From the NCBI GenBank assembly GCA_964016885.1, contig OZ024744.1, positions 37,944,001 through 38,008,000 of the forward strand: 64,000 nt of DNA, read 5' to 3'. The notes under the pieces were generated by a model, which had not been told where the DNA came from, made no database searches, and saw only the letters and a program-made list of their open reading frames with translations. The position numbers were made by a program, and so were the translations under genes. Each line of letters opens with the position of its first letter. The stretch's first letter is position 1. The DNA is from Eledone cirrhosa (lineage: Eukaryota). Below are positions 39,904 to 54,019 of the stretch, one piece after another.

Positions 39904-41058
39904 ATTTGATGTTATTTGATGTTATTTCCTCCTTGGACATGCCCTGGCCTACTGTCCCCTCCTTCAGTACAGTTCTGAGCATTGGCTCCTTACTATAGGT
40001 CACGTATTTGTATAGGTTGTTTTTCTCCATCTGAACACAGTCCTCTATGCTGATAAGACCTCTTCCACCCTCAGATCTCCTTAGGTAGAGTCTATCGACA
40101 TCACTCCTCTTGTGGAACATGTTGTAGATAGTCAATAGCTTCCTAGTCTTCCTATCCATTTCTTTTTGTTCAGCAACATTCCATCTCAGAATTCCCGCAC
40201 TGTACCTAATAATAGACACAGCTCGGGAATTTACTGCGCTTATGGCATTTCTGCTGTTCAGATGTGACTTCAATACGCTCCTTACTCTCCGAATGTATTC
40301 AGTTCTTAACAATTCTTTCATTTTTTTGTTCTTTATGCCATCAGCCTCCAGAACGCCCAAATACTTGTATCCTTCCTCAGAGTCAATTTCCTTTATCATC
40401 TCACCTGTTGGTATCTGGATCCCGTTACTTCTGCTCAACCTACCCCTCTTCATCACAATGACTCCACATTTACCAATACCAAACTGCATACATATATCAC
40501 TGCTGAAAATACGGACAGTGTCAACAAGCACATCCAACTCCTTCTCACTTTTCCCGAAGAGCTTAAGATCGTCCATGAAGAGGAGGTGATTGATGGTAAG
40601 CTCTCCCCTTCCCAACTTGTATCCTGCTCTCACTTTTCGCAGCATAATGGTCAAGGGCATCAGGGCAAGGACAAACAACAGAGGGGACAGGATGTCTCCC
40701 TGGAAGATACCTCTCTTGATCTTCACGCTTCCCAAGGATACTCCAGTTGATGTCAACTCTGTCTCCCAGGACCCCATACTCCTGCCTAGCAACTGTCTGA
40801 TGTTATCTGCCACCCTGAAGATCTCCAGGCTTTTGGTGATCCAGGAATGAGGCACCATGTCAAATGCCTTTCTGTAGTCTATCCATCCCATGGCAAGATC
40901 AGTGTGTCTCCTCCTGCAATTCCGCATTACCATCTTATCAATAAGCAACTGGTCCTTTGTACCACGTGACTTCTTTCGGCATCCTTTCTGTTCGTCCGGT
41001 AACAAGTTGTTTGTGTGGAGGTGATGGTAGATTTCCTCAGACACAATGCTCGTCAACA
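39904..41058 (-). pseudogene. R4/Dong family A internal RT fragment, truncated at both ends
   Basis: ORF 39902..41059 is near-identical to 623-1764 with FMDD intact. The 3' part is missing where the 312-bp array adjoins; a tgatgttatt duplication marks the junction. Confidence 0.9.
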
Positions 41059-41095
41059 TTATTATTATTATTATTATTATTATTGTTATTGTTAT

Positions 41096-42730
41096 TCCTT
41101 GAATCTCAGTAATTGATGTTGGTTAACTGGAAAGTCCGTTGGATTGAATATCAAGCCACTACCTGCAGCCTCAGATATTCAGGACGTATCGGAGGGTTCT
41201 TGCTGTTCCAAGCAAGCATGCCTTTTGAAGCGTTCCAAAAAGCGTGAAGGGGCCGATTTTCTTTAACCATCCCTGGAAACATTTGGAGATAGTCCCCAGT
41301 GCGCCTATGACAATCGGGATCACTTTGACTTCATGGCAGTTCCAAATCCTTTTCACCTCCCACTTTAGGTCCTGGTATCGGTTAATTTTCTCCCTCTCCT
41401 TCTCTTGCACTCTCGTGTCGAACGGGCAGGCCACATCCACAATCAGGCGCGATCTTTTTTCTTTGTCCACAACCACCAGGTCAGGTCTATTGTGTTCCAG
41501 TTTTTTGTCCGTCTGTATCCTAAAATCCCACAGCACCTTCACCTGATTGTTCTCCATCACCGCCTCTGGCCTATGCTCATACCATTTCTCAGAATGTGGT
41601 AGATTGTTTACTTTGCACAGGTGCCAGTGGATCACCCTGCCCATCACATCGTGTCTCCAGCCCTTATAGTGGGTCTGGGCTAGGTGTTTACACTCGGACA
41701 CAATGTGAGCCACAGTCTCCTCTCTCTCTCCACAGATCCTGCACAGTGGGCTGGCCTCCTCCTTGTAGATATGGTGCTTCAACCACTTCGTTTTGAGGGC
41801 CTGCTCCTGCGCAGCCATTAGCATTCCTTCTGTAGCCTTTTTGAGGTCTCCTCTTCTCAACCAGTTCCATGTCTGTGGATCTCTAAATTCAGTTTTCTCA
41901 AAGAAGGTACTATGAAGGGGTTTTCCTTTAAGGCTGCTCTTCCTCCTTGATGTTATTTCCTCCCTGGACATCCCCTGGCCTACTGTCCCCTCCTTCAGTA
42001 CAGCTCTGAGCATTGGCTCCTTACTATAGGTCACGTATTTGTATAGGTTGTTTTTCTCCATCTGAACACAGTCCTCTATGCTGATAAGACCTCTTCCACC
42101 CTTAGATCTCCTTAGGTAGAGTCTATCGACATCACTCCTCTTGTGGAACATGTTGTAGATAGTCAATAGCTTCCTAGTCTTCCTATCCATTTCTTTCTGT
42201 TCAGCAACATTCCATCTCAGAATTCCCGCACTGTACCTAATAATAGACACAGCTCGGGAATTTACTGCGCTTATGGCATTTCTGCTGTTCAGATGTGACT
42301 TCAATACGCTCCTTACTCTCCGAATGTATTCAGTTCTTAACAATTCCTTCATTTTTTTGTTCTTTATGCCATCAGCCTCCAGAACGTCCAAATACTTGTA
42401 TCCTTCCTCAGAGTCAATTTCCTTTATCATCTCACCTGTTGGTATCTGGATCCCGTTACTTCTGCTCAACCTACCCCTCTTCATCACAATGACTCCACAT
42501 TTACCAATACCAAACTGCATACATATATCACTGCTGAAAATACGGACAGTGTCAACAAGCACATCCAACTCCTTCTCACTTTTCCCGAAGAGCTTAAGAT
42601 CGTCCATGAAGAGGAGGTGATTGATGGTAAGCTCTCCCCTTCCCAACTTGTATCCTGCTCTCACTTTTCGCAGCATAATGGTCAAGGGCATCAGGGCAAG
42701 GACAAACAACAGAGGGGACAGGCTATCTCC
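41096..42730 (-). mobile_element. R4/Dong family A 5'-truncated copy with an intact C-terminal ORF (41171..42709) and 3' UTR
   Basis: FMDD, CRIC..H..SEC, RHD, RPDLVVVD..VDV. (TTA)n tracts at 41059-41095 and 42731-42766. Confidence 0.92.
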
Positions 42731-42779
42731 TATTATTATTATTATTATTGTTACTATTATTATTACTTTTTTTCTTCTT

Positions 42780-45760
42780 TTCCCAATTCAATGATGTTCC
42801 AAAACAATATAAAAGAGATAATTGGCAATAAGGGCAGGGGCCCCAGGTTATCACAGCCTGGGCCTGCTCGTCATCGTGCCACTGTAATAGAGTCAAACAA
42901 GGCATTTAGTCATGGCTGCTGGAACGTACGGACGCTGCTTGACAGGGATTCATTGGAACGTCCTGAACGAAGGACCGCTCTTGTTGCAAAGGAGCTTCGA
43001 CGTTACGATCTTGACATCGTAGCTTTATCTGAGATGAGGTTAGCTGGAGATGGTCATCTTACAGAATTTTGTGGTGAATATACATTCTTCTGGAAAGGAA
43101 GAGATGAAGTAACCAGAAGAGAGGCTGGGGTAGGATTTGCTGTTAAGACTGTTCTTGTGAATAAATTAGAATTCCCAGTGGGGATTAGTGAGCGTCTTAT
43201 GTCCATGAGAATTCCGCTGGACAAAGGAAGATATGCGACCCTGGTGAGTGTGTATGCTCCAACTATGAATTCTGTCGATGAAGAAAAAGTGTCCTTTTAC
43301 CATGCCTTGAAAGGTGTTTTAAGAAATATCCCTCAGGCAGACAAAGTCATTGTGCTTGGTGACTTTAATGCTAGAGTGGGTAGGGATTTTAACACATGGA
43401 ATGTAATCGGAAGGCATGGGATGGGAAAGTGTAACAACAATGGTATGCTCTTGCTGCAGATGTGTGATCCTGCATCTAAGGAATGGCATCTTTTGGACTA
43501 CGTCCTAGTCAGGATGCGTGAGAGACGGGATGTGCAGTTTGTTCGTGCTCTTCGTGGAGCTGAGTACTGGACGGACCACCGCCTGGTACGCGTAAAAGTG
43601 AAACTAATCACTAAACGTAAAATCCGGGCTCCTGGTGTTACCCTGCCCAGAAGATTGAATGCTGCTCGTCTTAGGGATAAAAATGTGAAGAGGACATTGC
43701 GAGAAGAGATGCAGGTTGCAGATTTTGGTGAGGATTGGCCGACCCTTAAAAAGTCGGTTTATGATGTAGACAGGCGTGTTCTGGGATTGGTGCAGATAAA
43801 ACATCAAGACTGGTTTAATGAGAATTATGAACATATAGAAGACTTTTGGGCTGATAAGAGGCGTGCTCTGTCACGCTACTTGACGGCAAAACCACAGGAG
43901 AAGAATATGTTGCATACTGTGAAAGTAGCTCTCGCAGAACCTCCGACGCTTGAGGAGGTTGCAGTGGCTATCTCGAAGCTGAACAGTGGAAAGTCTCTAG
44001 GTATGGTGGCATACATTCAGAGCTCCTACAATATGGTGGTAAGATACTCCTGCAACATCTTCACTCTTTGTTTGGCAGGATATGGGCTAATAAATCCGTA
44101 CCTGAGGACTGGAGAGATGCAGTAATGATGGTCTTGTACAAGGGAAAGAGTAACAGGAATGATTGTGGGAACTACAGAGGTATATCATTGCTTTCTGTCG
44201 TATGGAAAGTTTATGTAGGTTGCTTCTGGACCGTCTGCTGACACACATTGCAGATTGTGTTCTTACTGAATGTCAATCTGGTTTTCGTGCTGGACGCGGC
44301 ACTACTAATATGATCTTCTCAGCTAGACAGCTCCAGGAGAAGTGCATGGAATAAGGTTTGGATCTGTATCAGGTTTCTGTCGATCTCACAAAAGCTTTCG
44401 ATAATGTCAACAGAAATGCATTATGGAAGGTTCTCCAGGAACTTGGTTGCCCTGATAAGTTCCTTGCTTTAGTTAGGTCTTTCCATGACGATATGAAGGC
44501 TTGGGTTAATGTCGGAGGTAACATGTCAGAGCCTATCTCAGTAAAAAATGGAGTGAAAAAGGGGGATATTCCAGCACCGACCCTGTTTGCCATATACATT
44601 GCAATGGTTTTCTATATTGCCTTCAGGAATTGCGAGCATGGTGTTTACATCCGATATCGAACCTCAGGCAGCATACTTAACATCAGGCGCTTTGCTGCAA
44701 AAACAAAAGTATTTACATCAATCATAAGAGACCTCTTGTAGGCAGATGATTGCGATCTTGTAGCGCACACAGAGAGTGATATGCAGCACATTTTGAATGA
44801 ATTTTCTGATGCTTGCACTGTCAGTCTCAAGAAAACCGTCGTCATGTACCAACCTGCCCTTGGTAAGCAGAACAGTGAACCAAATATCTATGTGTATGGT
44901 AAACGACTTGGAGTGGTTGATCAGTTTGTCTACCTGGGAAGCACTGTCAATCGATACAGCAACCTTGATAATGAAATCCCACTCAGGATTAGGAAAGCAA
45001 GTGTTGCTTTGGGAAAGCTAGAAAGGCGACTCTGGGGTCGGCGAGACATATGCAAGAACATGGTTTGGATCTGTATCAGGTTTGGATCTGTAAAGGTGTA
45101 CAAGGCATGTGTGCTCTCTTCTCTTCTTTATGCCTCCGAAACCTAGGTCACATATCGACACCACCTTACGCAATTGGAGCGTTTCCATCAGAAATGTTTC
45201 AGACGGATCCATGGCGTTCACTGGAGGGACCACGTCAGTGATGTCGAGATTTTAGAAAGCTCTATGTGTGACAGTATAGAAGCTCTTGTGCTTAAGCAAC
45301 GACTCCGTTGGAGTGGTCACCTTGCCAGGATGAAGGATTCTAGAATACCAAAACAACTCTTTTATGGAGAGTTAGTTAAAGGAAAACGACCGCCACATAA
45401 ACCAAAAAAGAGGTATAAGGATTCTTTGAAAGCCTCTTTGAAAAACGCTAACATCTCTGCTGATACATGGGAAAATATTGCTGCTGATCGTAATAAATGC
45501 AGAAAGACTGTATATGAGGGAAAAGTTGCCTTTGAGGCATCTCGAATCACATACGAGAAAGTAAAGCGGGATGTGAGGAAGGGCATTGCTGTTGCACTTC
45601 CAGTCGGCGTAGGTCCACCTATGGCGCTGACATGCAGCGTCTGTGCGAGACTCTGCCTAAGCAAAGCAGGACTCGAAAGTCATTTTCGCAGTTGTAGTGA
45701 CTAGCGCCATATCTCCGGGAAACCAAACTATTCGGAGTTACTTCGCCGTGGCCAGTATAT
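42780..45760 (+). pseudogene. Decayed RTE (BovB-like) LINE: APE endonuclease, RT and C-terminal C2H2-like motif
   Basis: CWNVRTLLD, ALSE.R, LGDFNARVG, LDYVLV, WTDHRLV; QSGFRAGRGT, VDLTKAFD, GVK.GD..APTLF. YADD is broken by TAG at 44739-44741. LRWSGHLARM..RIPKQLFYGEL; CSVC..LCLSKAGLESH. Several stops, frameshifts and deletions. Confidence 0.92.
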
Positions 45761-45999
45761 AAGGGAGTGTTCTGACGTCACTTGACCTCTCTTGCTCACT
45801 TACTCCTCTTTCCACCTTTTGGCCGCCTGGCTTAGTTGCAACACATCTGCTGAGGACCTATACCATAAGGCTCAGCCCAGATGTATTCCACATGTTATGA
45901 TTCAGGATTATACCTTGTTATGCCACGAGGCACATTTGTTTACCACATTTGTAAACGCAAATGTAAACTACAATAAACGCAAGTTTAAAAGAAAACAAA

Positions 46000-46238
46000 A
46001 AAAAACACTTTCGTGAATTTGATAATTTAATAAGTGAAGGAACACAAGAATATATAAGGAAAGCAGGAAGCAAGATGATGAGATGTAGACAGGAAATAAT
46101 ATTCAAACGACATGCAAAAGTACATGAACTCCAACCACAGCCGGCTATTCCCAGTGAATGTTTTGGTTGCCGACTCTGTGCAAGACATTTTAGATCATTG
46201 GCTGGGCTAAAAAGCCACATTCGATCGCAGCGCTGTTA
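46000..46238 (+). mobile_element. Second RTE-like 3' end fragment
   Basis: ~46168-46235 reads CRLCARHFRSLAGLKSHIRSQRC*, the same C-terminal motif type as at 45630-45700. Confidence 0.55.
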
Positions 46239-46272
46239 GTTGCTATCGTGTGTGTAGAGAGAGAGATGTTTA

Positions 46273-46303
<31 letters not shown>

Positions 46304-46364
46304 GTATATTACTATTATTGTTGTTGTTGTCCTTATTATTATTGTTGTATTATTATTATTACAA

Positions 46365-46556
46365 GTGTGGTGGATTGGCAGTATCGGTAGAGGGTCGGAC
46401 GCCATGCTTTGCAGCAAAGAGTTACGGCCCTTTGTGGTCTGAGTTCAAATCCCGCCGAGGTTAACTTTGCCTTTCATCCTCACGGGGTCGATAAAATAAA
46501 GTACCAGTAATGTACTGGGATAATAGCTGGCCTTGTGTCAAAAGTAGAAACAATTA
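46365..46556 (+). mobile_element. tRNA-derived SINE, full length
   Basis: A-box-like tggcagtatcgg, B box gagttcaaatccc, conserved core gccgaggttaactttgcctttcatcct..ggggtcgataaaataaagtaccagt, and an (ATT)n tail. Confidence 0.85.
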
Positions 46557-47649
46557 TTATTGTTATTATTGTGGGTTTTCTGGGTTTTTTTTATCGTGCA
46601 ATGGTCATACTCGATAACGAGGGGGCAGCCATCATGTATGTATGTTTATTTGTATGTATGTATGTATGTATGTATGTATGTATGTATGTATGTATGTATG
46701 TTCTTCTGGTGTTATAATTTAATAAATTCTTACTAATAGAAAGTGAGTTGGTTTCTAACATAGACACAAGACTCTCTCATTGGAATTTACACAACATCAA
46801 CTAGGTAGATATGTCTGCATGTCTGCATGCATGTGTGCGAAGGTATGGATGTTATTTTATGCGTGGAGGTGTATGTTTCGAGTTATATGTGTATATGTGC
46901 ATATGCTTTCTATCTGTACATGTGTATATGCAGTTGTTAGATGCAGAATTTTTGGATAGTTTTACATATTTTTACTGTTCCATTAATGGATTGTATTTGT
47001 AATTTCCTATGTATGTATGTATAAGATCGCTCTTTTATGCTACAGGTATCATGTAACCCCGTAAAACCTGTGCACGATCAGGTCGTTGGTGACTAAACCG
47101 GCAACCCCACTATGCTTGCTTGAGGAGTAGGGTGATGAATTGGGACACCCTGCGGGATGAAAATAAAACCCTCACATGGTGGTGAAACTCAGGAGGAGAG
47201 TCGACAGTCATCTAATGAAGTAATTTTTGAGGCAGTGGGTAGCGGCATTGTAATATAAAACTTGCAGCTATGTTTGCATACAATGGTGTAGACCAGTTCT
47301 ATTTTGGGAGTAAATGTATTTGATCTTCAGAGAGTAGGTTTGGCATTACTCGAAATTAAGTTACTGCCATCATGTATATATATATGTCGGGTCACTCTTG
47401 AGTGCTACTAGTAATACGTAACCCAGTACAACTTGTCATATGGTCGGGTCGTCGGCGACTAAATCGACAACTGCTCCAAGTTTACTTGGTGAGGAGGAGG
47501 ATTTTGCACACCCTGCAGGACAAAAAACAAAATCTGACAAAGGGTAGAAGGACTCATAAGAGTCAACTGCCATCCAAAAATGTGTAAATATGTATATACA
47601 CATGTACATATGTATATATATGCATGTGTGCTGTGTGTATATGCGCGGC

Positions 47650-48125
47650 GACATAGAAATAGTCGGGCTGGACACCCGATCGCACAGTTAAACCACTGGG
47701 AGTGAAGGACCCCTAGCCTTTATCAGGGCATTATTCTGGGAGAAGGCAACTCAGGCAACTGGGTTAACTCCGATATAAAACCTGCGGCTCAGTAGTTACT
47801 GATGATGTTGATCTTTTCTTCTTTTCGGGTTATAGCTACTGTCTCTCAGAGAGTGGGATTGGCTCAGTGAACAGTCTTTCCTCACTTTAAAAAATATCTT
47901 CCTGCACAGGCATTGCATGATAGAATTAATTAATAATTATTAATAATGGTATATCGTGCAATGGACATACTCGATAACGAGAGGGCAGCTATCATGTATG
48001 TATGTATGTATGTATGTATGTATGTATGTATGTATGTATGTATGTATGTATGTATGTATGTATGTATGTATGTATGTATGTATGTATGTATGTAGGTAGG
48101 TATGTATGTATGTATGTATGTATGC
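47650..48125 (+). mobile_element. Short retroelement with an (ATGT)n tail (related pieces at 46590-46700 and 49235-49580)
   Basis: Shared 3' end atcgtgcaatgg.catactcgataacgag.gggcagc.atcat followed by (GTAT)n; a shared gagagtggga.tggct block at ~47849 and ~49240. Confidence 0.6.
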
Positions 48126-48134
48126 ATGCATGTA

Positions 48135-48535
48135 TAATAATAATGAAATTATTGTGTAAAGTGCTCAGGTGCACTACAACGCGTGAAAGGTGTATGTATA
48201 GTACATAGAATAATACACAAATATCAGGAAAGTGAATAGTGTGAGTCATGATATACACGTGTGTATGTGTATGGAGGGGGAACATTAGGTGTAGTGTTGG
48301 CGAATCTCAGGAAGCATGGAGGCCTTAAAGGATGCAGTGTCTCGACAGCTAACAACTGATGCAGGAAGTTTGTTCCATTCTTCAGCAACTCTGAGCGTGA
48401 AATAATGTTTCCGAGAGTCAGGGGAACTGTGCTGTTTTCTGACTTTGTGGGCATGCCCACGTGTGTTAGACACATGGAAATCAAAAAGGTACTCAGGGTT
48501 GTTGTTGTCAAGATGGTTAACAATTTTTTGGGTGT
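48135..48535 (-). mobile_element. CR1-clade LINE 3' fragment
   Basis: ORF 48285..48473 (TRGHAHKVRK...RKHYFTLRVAEEWNKLPASVV...SFK) is the typical CR1 ORF2 C-terminus. Confidence 0.85.
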
Positions 48536-48577
48536 TTCATGTATGTATATAGACGGCGAATCATTAGAATATCAGAT

Positions 48578-48767
48578 ATAATTGTTTCTACTTTAGGCAC
48601 ACGGCCAGCAATTACCCAGTGCATCACTGGTACTTTATTTTATCGACCCCGTAAGGATGAAAGGCAAAGTCAACCTCGACGGGATTTGAACTCAGATCGT
48701 AAAGGGACGTAACTATGCTGGAAAGCATGGCGTCCTACCCTCTACCGATACTGCCAATCCTCCGCCA
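48578..48767 (-). mobile_element. tRNA-derived SINE with a 21-bp target-site duplication
   Basis: Reverse complement of the 46365 SINE; cattagaatatcagatataat occurs at 48562-48582 and 48766-48786. Confidence 0.9.
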
Positions 48768-49107
48768 TTAGAATATCAGATATAATGATATTGGTTCTGG
48801 CTCTCTGAGGTCAAATCTCGCCGAGGTCAACTTTGCCTTTCATCCTTTCGAGGTCGATAAAAAAAAAACCAGGTTAGTACTGGGGTCGATTCTTCTTCTA
48901 TATTTCTTTCTCATTTCTCCTCTCTCACTTTCTATCTTTCTCTGGAAGAAATCTGCTGTAGTCAGACCTGGAGAGGGATGGGCTCCGTCAGGCTTAAAAT
49001 GCCCAAGAAACGCCGTATGTAAATATGGCGCCCTACGACTCTATCACGAGTTATGGGACAATGCCATATTATGTATGTATGTATATATGTGTGTGTGTGT
49101 ATATGTA

Positions 49108-49143
<36 letters not shown>

Positions 49144-49856
49144 TGTATGTATGTATGTATGTATGTGTGTGTATGTATGTATGTATGTATGTATGTATGT
49201 ATGTATGTTCTTCTTTTTGGTAAATATCATCTTGGTTAAGAGAGTGGGACTGGCTTTGTGCAGTGCCTTTGCTCACTATAAAAGCTTCACAGCACAGGCA
49301 TTGGTTTATATCTGGATATCTCTCTGCACTTGTCGTCACATGGTACCATGGGCCCAGCACTATGTGTCAGTAATTGTCACAAGTGTAGTGTTTGTACCAG
49401 AGTTTTCAAGTCGCTGGCTGGACTAAAAAGTCACACTCGTTCAGCGCATCGGTAGGGGTTCTCCTACATGGATATAAAGTAGTGGCCGTACTCGAAAACG
49501 AGTTGGCAGCCACCATGTATGTATGCATGTATGTATGTATGTATGTATGTATGTATGTATGTATGTATGTATGTATGTATGCCTGTGTGTGTGTGTGTAT
49601 GTATGTATGCGTGTGTGTGTATAAGTATGTATATATACATATGTATGTATGTATGTATGTGTGTGTGTTAGTGTCTGTTTGTGTTTATGTCTCGTGACTG
49701 AAACCAGTAAAACAATGCAGATAATTGCCGTGTATATTTTCTCAAGTGACAGGTTTGTAAATATTTCTGTTTTGTTTCTCAGAGAAAAATCAATCTTTTT
49801 GCTATTGTTTACTTTGAAAACAACAACAACAATAACACAGTATTGTTATTTCTAAG

Positions 49857-49915
<59 letters not shown>

Positions 49916-50175
49916 CATATTAAAGTTATTTTAAAAACAATGATATATATATATATGTCATTGTTACGTTTAAAACAATACACACACACACATATATATA
50001 TAACATATTATAATTCTTTTTAAAAACAATATATATATATATATCATTGTTACGTTTAAAACAAAACACATACACACACACACATATATATATAGCATAA
50101 TATTGTTATGTGTAAAACAATATATAGTGGTGTTTACGTTCCAAGCATTATATATAATGTTGTTATGTTTGAAAC

Positions 50176-50265
<90 letters not shown>

Positions 50266-50363
50266 ACAAAGGAATTGTAGTAAGGAACCAGATGGACCAT
50301 AACGCACCAGAGCACTCAATACTTAGGGTAGTAGAGTGGGAAATACTCGGGGTCATACTTTTT

Positions 50364-50408
<45 letters not shown>

Positions 50409-50421
50409 AGAAACACATACA

Positions 50422-50490
50422 TTCCGGGGATCGAACTCACAAACTCACGAGTGCGAATTCAATTCTCTAACCACCCAGCCGCGCACCTTC
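50422..50490 (-). pseudogene. tRNA-like sequence (SINE head or tRNA pseudogene)
   Basis: ggtgcgcggctgggtggttagag...tgtgagttcgatcccc has A-box and B-box motifs but a poor cloverleaf. Confidence 0.5.
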
Positions 50491-50509
50491 ACTTAAATGT
50501 TAATATGGT

Positions 50510-50792
50510 ATTAAATCCCGCCGAGGTTGACTTTGCCTTTCATCCTTACGGGGTCGATAAAATAAAGTACCAGTAATGCACTGGGTAATTGCTGGCCTTG
50601 TGCCTAAAGTAGAAACAATTATATAAAAGCTATTTGTTTATTCTTTACACCAACGTGCGGAAAGTTTATATTCTACAGTTCAAATCCCGCCGAGGTTAAC
50701 TTTGCCTTTCATCCTTACGGGGTCGATAAAATAAAGTACCAGTAATGCACTGGGATAATTGCTGGCCTTGTGCCAAAAGTAAAAACAATTAT
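50510..50792 (+). mobile_element. Two 5'-truncated SINE copies (50510-50621, 50678-50792)
   Basis: Same core and tail as the 46365 SINE. Further fragments at 38148-38205 (-), 48810-48890, 50968-51060 and 55270-55430. Confidence 0.85.
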
Positions 50793-53534
50793 ATTATACT
50801 TTAAACAATTACTGTTAAAGAGAAATATTAACAAGTAGTTTCCATAAACTGTATGATTATGGTTTCATTTATTGTATATATGCCTTGACGTCAGTATATT
50901 TGCACAATCGTTAGAAGGTCGGACTAAATATAATCGTTATTCAGTTACAGCCCTTTATTTTTTGGATTTAAATCCCGCCAAAGTCAAATATGTCTTTTAA
51001 ACTTCTGAAAAATTGATAAAATAAAATAGCAGTAAAATACTGAGTCGATTTAATCGACTTTCATTGGCTAAATTACATACCTTTATTTATTCCCCTTTGT
51101 CTACAAGATTTAGCAGTATTGGTTATTGAGTAGTCGCCACTTTAGCAGGGTGGTAGAATCAGTGGTCGTTACTTTAGCAGGGTAGATGATTGAAGGTCGT
51201 TAGTTGCCAGTGTGGTAAGTGATAGTATCCTCGTTGGATTATCTTGTTGACATAGACGTGAGGGAAGGTCCCTCGATCTATTTACCATCTATTTACAATA
51301 TTCCTTTCGTCAGGTCGCCAATTCCAGCAGCATGGATTATAGATGTTATTGAGACACGAGTAACATAATAATGATTTCAACAGCAGTAATTAGAGATGAA
51401 ATGTATGTTTATTTATATGGTTGAAGTTACAGATAAAAAGAGGTTACACAAGGGAATGTGCCACTGCGCCGTTAAGCCGGCGAGGCTAGGGGGTGCAATA
51501 TCTCACTGTTACATTATGCGTGTTGCTGGCTCGAAGTTTCTGGTACAAGAGAGAGATTCTTCAAATCTTCGCGGGGAATTTCTTCCTCAGGGCGCGTAGG
51601 GATACATCCTCTTCTACTGGCGCTGATTGGCTGAACTGAGCCAAATCACGCACAGAGAATGTATGTGAGCCCGCGGAATGTAGGTCACTACAGAGACATT
51701 AGAAAAAGGAAAAAAAATCATTTTCAGTCCAACCTCCCTCCAAAAGGGATTGCTGACCCCTGGTCAAAAATATTCTAACTATTACTATACTATTTATTTT
51801 CCTATGTTCAGGGAACACAGAACCACATAATACGAGTGCGGGTGAGATTCTAGGGTGGTTTGGTTGCTATTTTTAGCATCTCTAGCTACTATGTAGAGGT
51901 TGGTAAGTTGATTTGTTTTGTGGTGCTTGTTGTAATGATGTAGTAGAATAGCGGTATTAGATATGATGATATCTCCAAATATCGGTCACTCTACGACAGG
52001 TTTGCGTCGAGCCCTTAGCAGTGAGAATTTCTGGAGTCTTTGGCCTCCAAGGACCTCCTCCCTATTCACGCCTATCGGCACTGGGATAGTGTTTGTATCG
52101 TTGTTTTGGTTGTCGTGATCAATTTATGTTTGTTTGTTTGTCTTGTTTCGTTCGACACAATGCATCTAGGTGGGCCCTGTCGTTTGAGCGAAGTCATTTT
52201 GAGCGATGCCTATTAAACAATACCAGTATATATATATAGTAATGGTATTAACATAACATATACTTAGCTACCACACCAAGACGTAAAATACCCGCGTATA
52301 GTTCGTACTATCCGTTAGGGTATAATGTGGTAGCTAAGTATATGCTATGTTAATACCATTACTTATTCGTATAGGTAAGTATATATTACCTGTATGTTTT
52401 GCGAAGGTACGTATATTTTCTCGTACGTATATTTGATTGTATATGTCATTGGCGTATATATTATATGTACCGGTACATGTGCATTTGGTTATGTGTATAC
52501 GTGAGTTTTGCGTTTGTGTGAGTATGCGGGTTCGTACGTATGTAGGGTGTGTGTATATGTGTACTTTGTGTTTTGGTTGACGTACGTCTGCGAACATATG
52601 TGTCTTTATATGTGGGTGTGTGCGCGCGCGCGTTGTATACGTATTTATGTGTGTATATTTATATACGTTTATTTAATTATGTATACACACACACACACAC
52701 ACACACACGTGTATATATATATATGTTTTTAATTATTTATGTTTATGCGTATTTGGTGTATACGTTCGTATGTGTGCGGTTCAGGCGTTGCGTGGGTTCT
52801 GTATGTGCGTGTGTTTCTTTGTATTTTTTTTGTACGTGCTTGTATTTGCATACCCATGGGGACGGTTTTCGCGTATGCTTGTGTATGTACGTATATGGAT
52901 GCGTGTATGTATATATTTAGTTTCTATTACCTCTGTATTTTATTTACTTTATTCTTAACACTAAAGCCGAGAATCATTCGGTTTTCTAAATAGAATTTTA
53001 GTCTACCACCTCAGTTATACCATTTACGTGGTTTTGTCTTTGCGTGCAATTATTCTCCCCGCTAGACATATGACGTATTATCTTCCTTTTTTCCGTTCAT
53101 TACAAGAGAACGTCTCTATGAACGACCTAATAGAATATTAGTTTACGACTTCATTTATACCATAAACGTGATTTTGTCTTTGCGTGTAATTGTTTTTCAC
53201 CGCTCCAAATAATGACGTATTATATTCGTTTTTTCCCGTTTTTTGCCAGGGAACGTTTCCACGAACCAAAGTATCGTCTTCCTGACTTCCTTCGGTTGCA
53301 ACGTGTTTTGAAATATTTACTTCTACGTTCACAGATTGACGTTTCAGAAGATCCCGTTGAGAGTGAAAGCAGCGATTCTTTGCTTAAAGTTTACTCTGTT
53401 ACTTTAATAAATATTTGCTCTACAGTTCTTATATATCTGATATTTATTTATCCTTATCGAGCCCTCTTAGGATTTTAGTCTTCAAATTTATTATTATTAC
53501 TATATATATATATATATATATATTTCGTTTCTGA

Positions 53535-53586
<52 letters not shown>

Positions 53587-54019
53587 TATATATATTATTT
53601 TTTATTTCATTTTATTTATTTTTTTAAGTTTTGTCTCCGTGTAGCCAGCTTGTGTTACTGTGATTCCTTTATGCAATACACCTGATGATGTTGCTGCAGT
53701 TCCACTGGCCATTGAAATATATGTGCCTGCAAAAATAAAAACTTTAAAGGAATTTCAACATTGCGGCCTCTTCACACTTTATTCATTAATATTTCACTTT
53801 GGTCACGCACCACCAACAGAATCTTACACCAAAGATGATAGAGTTGCGTCACGTCGAGTGCTTTTCCTATAATTTCATTATGGTTAACTATACAAAATGA
53901 CCAGTTCTGTCCAGTGGTGAACCACCAATTTCAATATATATATATAGGGAGAGGAAATACTGTATATATTTTATCTAATAGTTCTTCAAACTTGCAATTT
54001 TATATATATATATATAAGT

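Noticed and set aside
42617-42780. N-terminal extension of the RTE ORF
   Set aside because: Chance read-through from antisense Dong sequence and a (TAT)n tract; RTE homology starts at about 42790-42910.
50422-50490. Functional tRNA gene
   Set aside because: Acceptor and T stems do not pair properly; more likely a SINE head.
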